Of a stretch of DNA of 64,000 nt, positions 59,276 to 64,000 are shown one piece after another. Made by a program: the position numbers and the translations under genes. The DNA is taken from the NCBI GenBank assembly GCA_033763455.1, contig JANRKO010000019.1, positions 32,001 through 96,000 on the forward strand, given 5' to 3'. Position 1 is the first letter of the stretch. Every line of letters begins with the position of its first letter. The DNA comes from Polyangiaceae bacterium (lineage in GTDB: Bacteria; Myxococcota_A; Polyangia; Polyangiales; Polyangiaceae). The notes beneath the pieces are model-generated. The model did not search any database and was not told the DNA's origin. It saw nothing but the letters and a program-made list of their open reading frames with translations.

Positions 59276-59974
59276 ATGGCGAGCAGAAACCGTACGGTCG
59301 GTAAGTCGAAGAAACCTGTACCTGCCCGACGTTCGCCCACGCCACGCGGCGTCAAGCCGAGTGCGGAAACGAAGTCCACCAAGCAGGTGAAGGTCACCAA
59401 GGTGCAGCGCACTCGGCGTGCGGCCCAAGGGGATCTCGCTGCGGATTTTGATACGTTAGCCTACGTGCGCGATCTGGTGCGGGATATTCCAGACTTTCCA
59501 GCGCCTGGTATCTTATTCCGAGATATCACTCCGCTCTTGGCCGATCCGAAAGGGTTTCACATTGTGCTCGACCTTATGGCGCATCGCTTCGTAGGTGAGC
59601 ATGTGGACGCGGTCGTCGGTATCGAATCTCGCGGTTTCATTTTCGGTGGAGCGCTTGCGGCGCGCCTCAATGCCTCATTCGTTCCGGTGCGCAAGCCGGG
59701 CAAGCTCCCAGGGCGCACCGATAGGGTCAGCTATTCTTTGGAGTACGGCGAATCCGAGCTGGAAATGCACCAGGATTCCTTGCAGGAGGGCGCTCGTGTC
59801 ATCGTGGTGGACGATCTTTTGGCCACCGGCGGGACGGCTGCGGCGGCGGGCGAACTCTGTGACCGACAAGGAGCTCGGGTGATAGCTTACGTTTTTGCCG
59901 TCGAACTGAGCGATCTGGATGGGGCTAAACGTTTGGAGCACACCCCTGTTTTTTCGGTAATTCGCCTCGACTGA
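59276..59974 (+). CDS. apt: Adenine phosphoribosyltransferase
   Basis: PDFPAPGILFRDITPLL, ESRGF, RKPGKLP, VDDLLATGGT. Confidence 0.96.
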   Translation: MASRNRTVGKSKKPVPARRSPTPRGVKPSAETKSTKQVKVTKVQRTRRAAQGDLAADFDTLAYVRDLVRDIPDFPAPGILFRDITPLLADPKGFHIVLDLMAHRFVGEHVDAVVGIESRGFIFGGALAARLNASFVPVRKPGKLPGRTDRVSYSLEYGESELEMHQDSLQEGARVIVVDDLLATGGTAAAAGELCDRQGARVIAYVFAVELSDLDGAKRLEHTPVFSVIRLD

Positions 59975-60042
59975 GGGGCCAAAATCGCCGCCGCTGGCGT
60001 AGGGAAAGTGTCGCCAGGGTAGGGGTCAGGCTGACTTTCCAC

Positions 60043-61017
60043 GTGGCCACCTTAAGCTTCCTCCCCAAGGTCCGTTCCAGTATTCAGGGAATCTTGGAGC
60101 ACCTGGTACTCATCATTGATGATTCCGAAAGCATGCGAAAGCGTGTTGTCACCATCATTGCCGATGCGGGCGTCGAGGCTAAGACGATCACCGCCGCAAG
60201 TGGCGCCGAAGCGTTGGCCGTGATGGCTGAAAACCGGGTGTCACTCGTGCTGTGCGATATTGAGATGCCGGGGCTCGATGGCTTCCATTTTCTGCGATTA
60301 AAGCGTAGCCGGCCCGAATTTGCTGACATCCCCGTGATCATGCTCACCGTGCGTGAAGATCCGCGGGCCAAGGTGCAGGGGCTCACCGAGGGCGCCTCCG
60401 ATTATCTCACCAAGCCATTCTTCGACGAGGAGCTCGTGGCTCGGGTGCGGGTGCATCTAAAGCTAAAAACGCTGCAGGATGAATTGCGGAACAAGAACGC
60501 TCGGTTGGAGGAAATGAGCCGCACGGATGCGCTTACTGACTTATCCAATCGGCGGCACTTCGTGGAACTCCTGGAAAGTGAGCTTGCGCGGTCAATGCGC
60601 TACGCGCCACCCCTAAGCTTGCTCATGGTGGATATCGACAATTTCAAACGCGTCAATGATGAGTTTGGCCATTTGGTTGGGGATCGCGCGTTGGTGCACG
60701 TGGCGGGAGCCCTCAAATCGCTGCTTCGCAAGTGTGACTATGCCGCTCGCTATGGTGGGGAGGAGTTCGCCTTGGTTCTCCCTCAAACAGACGCTGCCGG
60801 GGCCCTTGTGGTGGCCGAACGTTGTAGGATCGCGGTGGAAGCTATGCGCTTTCCGATGCCCTGGGGCCGTGATGAGGGCCCGCCGATAACCGTGAGTTTG
60901 GGCGTGGCCTCTTACCCAGATCCCCGCATCAAATCCGCTGAAGATCTGATGCGAATGGCGGATGATGCTCTGTACGCTTCCAAACGTGCTGGCCGAAATC
61001 GCGTCACCGTTGCTTGA
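60043..61017 (+). CDS. Response regulator diguanylate cyclase (REC-GGDEF)
   Basis: IDD, CDIEMP, YLTKP; DIDNFKRVND, RxxD I-site RKCD, RYGGEEF. Confidence 0.95.
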   Translation: MATLSFLPKVRSSIQGILEHLVLIIDDSESMRKRVVTIIADAGVEAKTITAASGAEALAVMAENRVSLVLCDIEMPGLDGFHFLRLKRSRPEFADIPVIMLTVREDPRAKVQGLTEGASDYLTKPFFDEELVARVRVHLKLKTLQDELRNKNARLEEMSRTDALTDLSNRRHFVELLESELARSMRYAPPLSLLMVDIDNFKRVNDEFGHLVGDRALVHVAGALKSLLRKCDYAARYGGEEFALVLPQTDAAGALVVAERCRIAVEAMRFPMPWGRDEGPPITVSLGVASYPDPRIKSAEDLMRMADDALYASKRAGRNRVTVA

Positions 61018-62283
61018 TCAAGCTACAGGCTGGTCCGGCTCCGGGAAGCTCACCACGTTTCGAATGTCCTTTTCCCCAAGGGCTAGTGCGAGCAAGCGAT
61101 CTACACCCAGGGCATTGCCACCGCTCGGGGGGAAACCATGCTGGAGCGCGCGGTAAAGCGCCAGATCTGCTGGGTAGCTCGGCACACCTTCACTCCGTTT
61201 GCGATCGTTTTCACGTGATTGGCGTTCGAGGAACTCCTCGGCACTCGTCAGCTCAGTATACCCGTTGCAAAGCTCAACCCCGCCCAAGTAGAGCTCGAAG
61301 CGCTCGGCAACACGCTCGTCGGCGGGGTTTCGGCGAGCGAGAGCGGCTTGGGTGCTCGGAAAATCCACCAGAAAAACTGGCCGGGTGAGCTCTGTGAGGC
61401 GGGGCTCCACTCGATCGACGAAGATCTGAAAGTACTGAGCTTCATCCGTTGCCGCGAGGTCCACCGCATCTTTTACGCCCGCGAACTCGACAAAGGCGTT
61501 CCCCACAGTGAGGCGATCGAACGGACGGCGGAGATCGATCGCTAAAGCTCCGAGCATGAGTTGTTCGGCGCGATCCGCACGGTGCGGAGCGAACGCGCTC
61601 ACGGTAGCTGTCACAATCGCCTCAGTGTCGTCCATCATCTCAAGCTGACTGGCGAACGCCCGGTACCATTCCAGCATTAAGAATTCGGGTTGGTGCCGTT
61701 CGCCACTTTCGTCTTTTCGGAAGCAGTGAGCGAGCTGGAACACCTGGTAGAAGCCCGCCGCTACTAGGCGCTTCATGTGGTGCTCGGGAGAGGTGATAAG
61801 GTACTTGCCTTCCGAAGCGAAGGCATTCACGTAGGCGTCTGAGCCCGGCGAGTTCACTCGGCTTGGTGTGTCCACCTCCAAAAATCCGGCGTCTTCAAAC
61901 CAAGTGCGGAGAAGCTTGAGGAGATGACTTCGTGCCCTGAGATTGCGCCCACGGCTTCCACGGCGAGTGCGCCAAAACTCACTCAGCTCTGGCGGACACG
62001 GGGCAGGCCACGTGCGCTCGAGTAAGGCATTTTCAAGCACAAGCTCGTGACCTCTGGTCGCAAGCTTCCCCGCCACGAGCGCGAAGGCACCGTCTTCTGG
62101 AAGCTCCCCGGTGGTTGTGCTCGAAGCCAACACAACTTTGACGGAGCCTATGGCGTCCACCAGAGTGAGCGAGACGTTTTGGAGGCTTTGCCGTACATCC
62201 AGCACGCGACCTCCGATCCGCAGGGTCGAAAGCGCGCACTCAGCCTCAGAAACCTGAGACGGCGTATAGAAGAGGCGTTTCAT
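61018..62283 (-). CDS. epmA: EF-P lysine aminoacylase EpmA (GenX/PoxA)
   Basis: FLEVDTP, LITSPEHHMKRLVA, HQPEFLMLEWYR, ERFELY, ELCNGY, GNALGVDRL. Confidence 0.9.
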   Translation of the reverse strand: MKRLFYTPSQVSEAECALSTLRIGGRVLDVRQSLQNVSLTLVDAIGSVKVVLASSTTTGELPEDGAFALVAGKLATRGHELVLENALLERTWPAPCPPELSEFWRTRRGSRGRNLRARSHLLKLLRTWFEDAGFLEVDTPSRVNSPGSDAYVNAFASEGKYLITSPEHHMKRLVAAGFYQVFQLAHCFRKDESGERHQPEFLMLEWYRAFASQLEMMDDTEAIVTATVSAFAPHRADRAEQLMLGALAIDLRRPFDRLTVGNAFVEFAGVKDAVDLAATDEAQYFQIFVDRVEPRLTELTRPVFLVDFPSTQAALARRNPADERVAERFELYLGGVELCNGYTELTSAEEFLERQSRENDRKRSEGVPSYPADLALYRALQHGFPPSGGNALGVDRLLALALGEKDIRNVVSFPEPDQPVA

Positions 62284-62537
62284 CCGCCGGTAAACGCGCG
62301 ACTAGCGAAGGCCACTACTTGTGAGCCGATCCAAGGGCCCGTAAAGGCGAGAACGAGCGCTACAACCACGAGCCTGGGCAGGTGCGAGAGGGAGCTGTCC
62401 TGGATCTGAGTGGCAGCTTGCAACATCGAAACAACGAGGCTCACCAACAACGAGGCCGCTAACACGGGAACGGAAAGAGTGAGCCCCAACAGGAGCGCCT
62501 CCTGTGCCAAACCCGCAAGCCTGCCGAGATCCACCAT
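62280..62537 (-). CDS. FliQ/SctS-family type III export protein
   Basis: 85 aa, LVVSMLQAATQIQDSSLSHLPRL, GPW. Confidence 0.92.
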   Translation of the reverse strand: MVDLGRLAGLAQEALLLGLTLSVPVLAASLLVSLVVSMLQAATQIQDSSLSHLPRLVVVALVLAFTGPWIGSQVVAFASRAFTGG

Positions 62538-62546
62538 GGGCTTACG

Positions 62547-62951
62547 TTAACCTGGGTTCGAGGCGCCCGCCGGAGAGCCCGCGCTGCCGGCATGAGCTCC
62601 AGGCGAACCGGCAGCAGCTGCGTTAGAGCCACCGCTGGCAACGGACGTTCCTGCGTTTCCTGCCGCGCCTCCAGAAGGCATAGGCGAGGCACCCCCTGAG
62701 CTGGTTCCGGGTCCGCCGCCGGTCCCTGCAACGCGATGGGCGCAAGCACCGTCGGTCGCACTTTTTCCGGGAGGGCAGCAACGGTCTACGCCGTCAGGGG
62801 CACCCAAATCGCGCGCGGACGTGCAAAGTAGGCCTGATTCGCAATCTGCGTCAGCATTGGCGAGTTCGCAGCGTTCCCCCTCGGACTGCTTACTGCAAGC
62901 GAGTACTACTGCTGAAAGAAGGAGACCAAGTACCAGGTGCCGGGTTCGCAT
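62547..62951 (-). CDS. Small Cys-rich lipoprotein with Gly/Ala tail
   Basis: VLAC lipobox, GERC...DC..GLLC...CC. Confidence 0.75.
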   Translation of the reverse strand: MRTRHLVLGLLLSAVVLACSKQSEGERCELANADADCESGLLCTSARDLGAPDGVDRCCPPGKSATDGACAHRVAGTGGGPGTSSGGASPMPSGGAAGNAGTSVASGGSNAAAAGSPGAHAGSAGSPAGASNPG

Positions 62952-63025
62952 GAGGGCTCCTTAGCAGGGGATTTGCGGCGATGTCCACCAGCGAGTCCGG
63001 CTGGGTTCCCGGGGGATAACAGGGC

Positions 63026-63697
63026 TCAGTCCTCGGGCGTGGCCGTGCGACGTTCCTTCGCCAAAACGGCTTCCCCGAACATCCCAATATACTGAAAAGC
63101 GCTTGTGATGGAGAAGACTAGGGACACGTAGATCATGACCCGGCCGACCTCCACCAAGCGCACCACGCCGAGGTCAACAAAGAATAGGTTCAGGTGGTAC
63201 GGATACCCGATCATGAGGCACAAGATGCCGACCATCTGCAGCGCCGTCTTGCTCTTTCCTCCGCTTCCGGCGGCGATGACGACTCCTTCACTGCTAGCAA
63301 TGCCCCGGAGCGCAGTGATTGAGATTTCTCGTGTCAGCAGCAAAATTACAGCCCATTCTGGAATGCGACCCATCGGGACCATCCATACCAATGAGGCCAT
63401 TACCAAGAGCTTATCAGCGAGTGGATCCAGGAATTGGCCAAGCAAGCTGACCACATTCATCCGACGCGCCAGGTAGCCGTCTAAGAGGTCTGTGATGGCG
63501 GCTAGCGAATACACGATCGCCGCCCACACGCAGTCTTTCGGTGTTCCTTGATCCAACAGCCAAAGCACCAATGGGATGATGCCAATGCGCCCGAAGGTGA
63601 GCATGTTGGGCAAATTGAGCGCGTCGCGCCTGAGCGAGCTTTGGCGTTCCCGACGAGCGTTATTGGGTGCGGGAGGCGCGGCCATCGTGGGTGTCAT
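63026..63697 (-). CDS. pgsA: CDP-diacylglycerol--glycerol-3-phosphate 3-phosphatidyltransferase
   Basis: NLPNMLT, TDLLDGYLARR...GQFLDPLADK, GKSKT. Confidence 0.95.
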   Translation of the reverse strand: MTPTMAAPPAPNNARRERQSSLRRDALNLPNMLTFGRIGIIPLVLWLLDQGTPKDCVWAAIVYSLAAITDLLDGYLARRMNVVSLLGQFLDPLADKLLVMASLVWMVPMGRIPEWAVILLLTREISITALRGIASSEGVVIAAGSGGKSKTALQMVGILCLMIGYPYHLNLFFVDLGVVRLVEVGRVMIYVSLVFSITSAFQYIGMFGEAVLAKERRTATPED

Positions 63698-64000
63698 GAA
63701 CGGTGGAGGTCGAGCAGGGCAAGCCCCTCGCCGCTCAAGCTCGAAAACAACGAGGAACCGTCGGGGGATTCGATGCTGTCGAGCGGTGTTACTAGCAGCC
63801 GGCCCACCCAACCCAAGAGCTCCGTGGAGCGGACGGTGACTGGCTTTTGGGGCTCCACCTTGATCGACTGCGGCGGCCCGTCGCTCTCAACCAAGACGCG
63901 GCCCTTGCCCAGAAACTGCGCCATTGGAGCGTCGCCACCACCGACAGAGAATCTTCCATTCTCGTAGCTCAGGTCGGTGTCAAATCCGAGTACGGAGCCT
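63694..64000 (-). CDS. C-terminal part of a possible AIM24-like protein (runs off the window)
   Basis: Frame open to the window edge: VLGFDTDLSYENGR...QFLGKGRV...LLGWVG...SGEG. Confidence 0.55.
   Translation of the reverse strand, partial: GSVLGFDTDLSYENGRFSVGGGDAPMAQFLGKGRVLVESDGPPQSIKVEPQKPVTVRSTELLGWVGRLLVTPLDSIESPDGSSLFSSLSGEGLALLDLHRS

Noticed and set aside
61018..62283. Lysyl-tRNA synthetase
   Set aside because: Shorter than LysRS and carries EpmA-type motifs TSPE..MKRL and LEWYR

Overview
GC-rich bacterial chromosome segment whose gene content (DUF1592/DUF1552 pair, FIST, PP2C, Ser/Thr kinase, Uma2, dispersed type III secretion genes, Gly/Ser-rich lipoproteins) points to a myxobacterium (inference). 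Core blocks: imuA-imuB-dnaE2, smc, pheA-hisC-cmk-rpsA, ddl, pruA-hemH, bolA-grxD, surE-apt-diguanylate cyclase, epmA and pgsA. The standout lies directly downstream of tRNA-Glu (26851-30720): a four-gene, intronless, eukaryote-like actin module. It encodes a profilin-like protein with a twin-arginine signal, a secreted Cys-rich/Pro-rich protein, an actin about 90% identical to canonical eukaryotic actin (my by-eye count against recalled human beta-actin) with Gly in place of catalytic Gln137, and a SET-domain protein resembling SETD3, the eukaryotic actin His73 methyltransferase. All family calls come from motif recognition by eye; no searches were run, and start codons that differ from the ORF track are my estimates.
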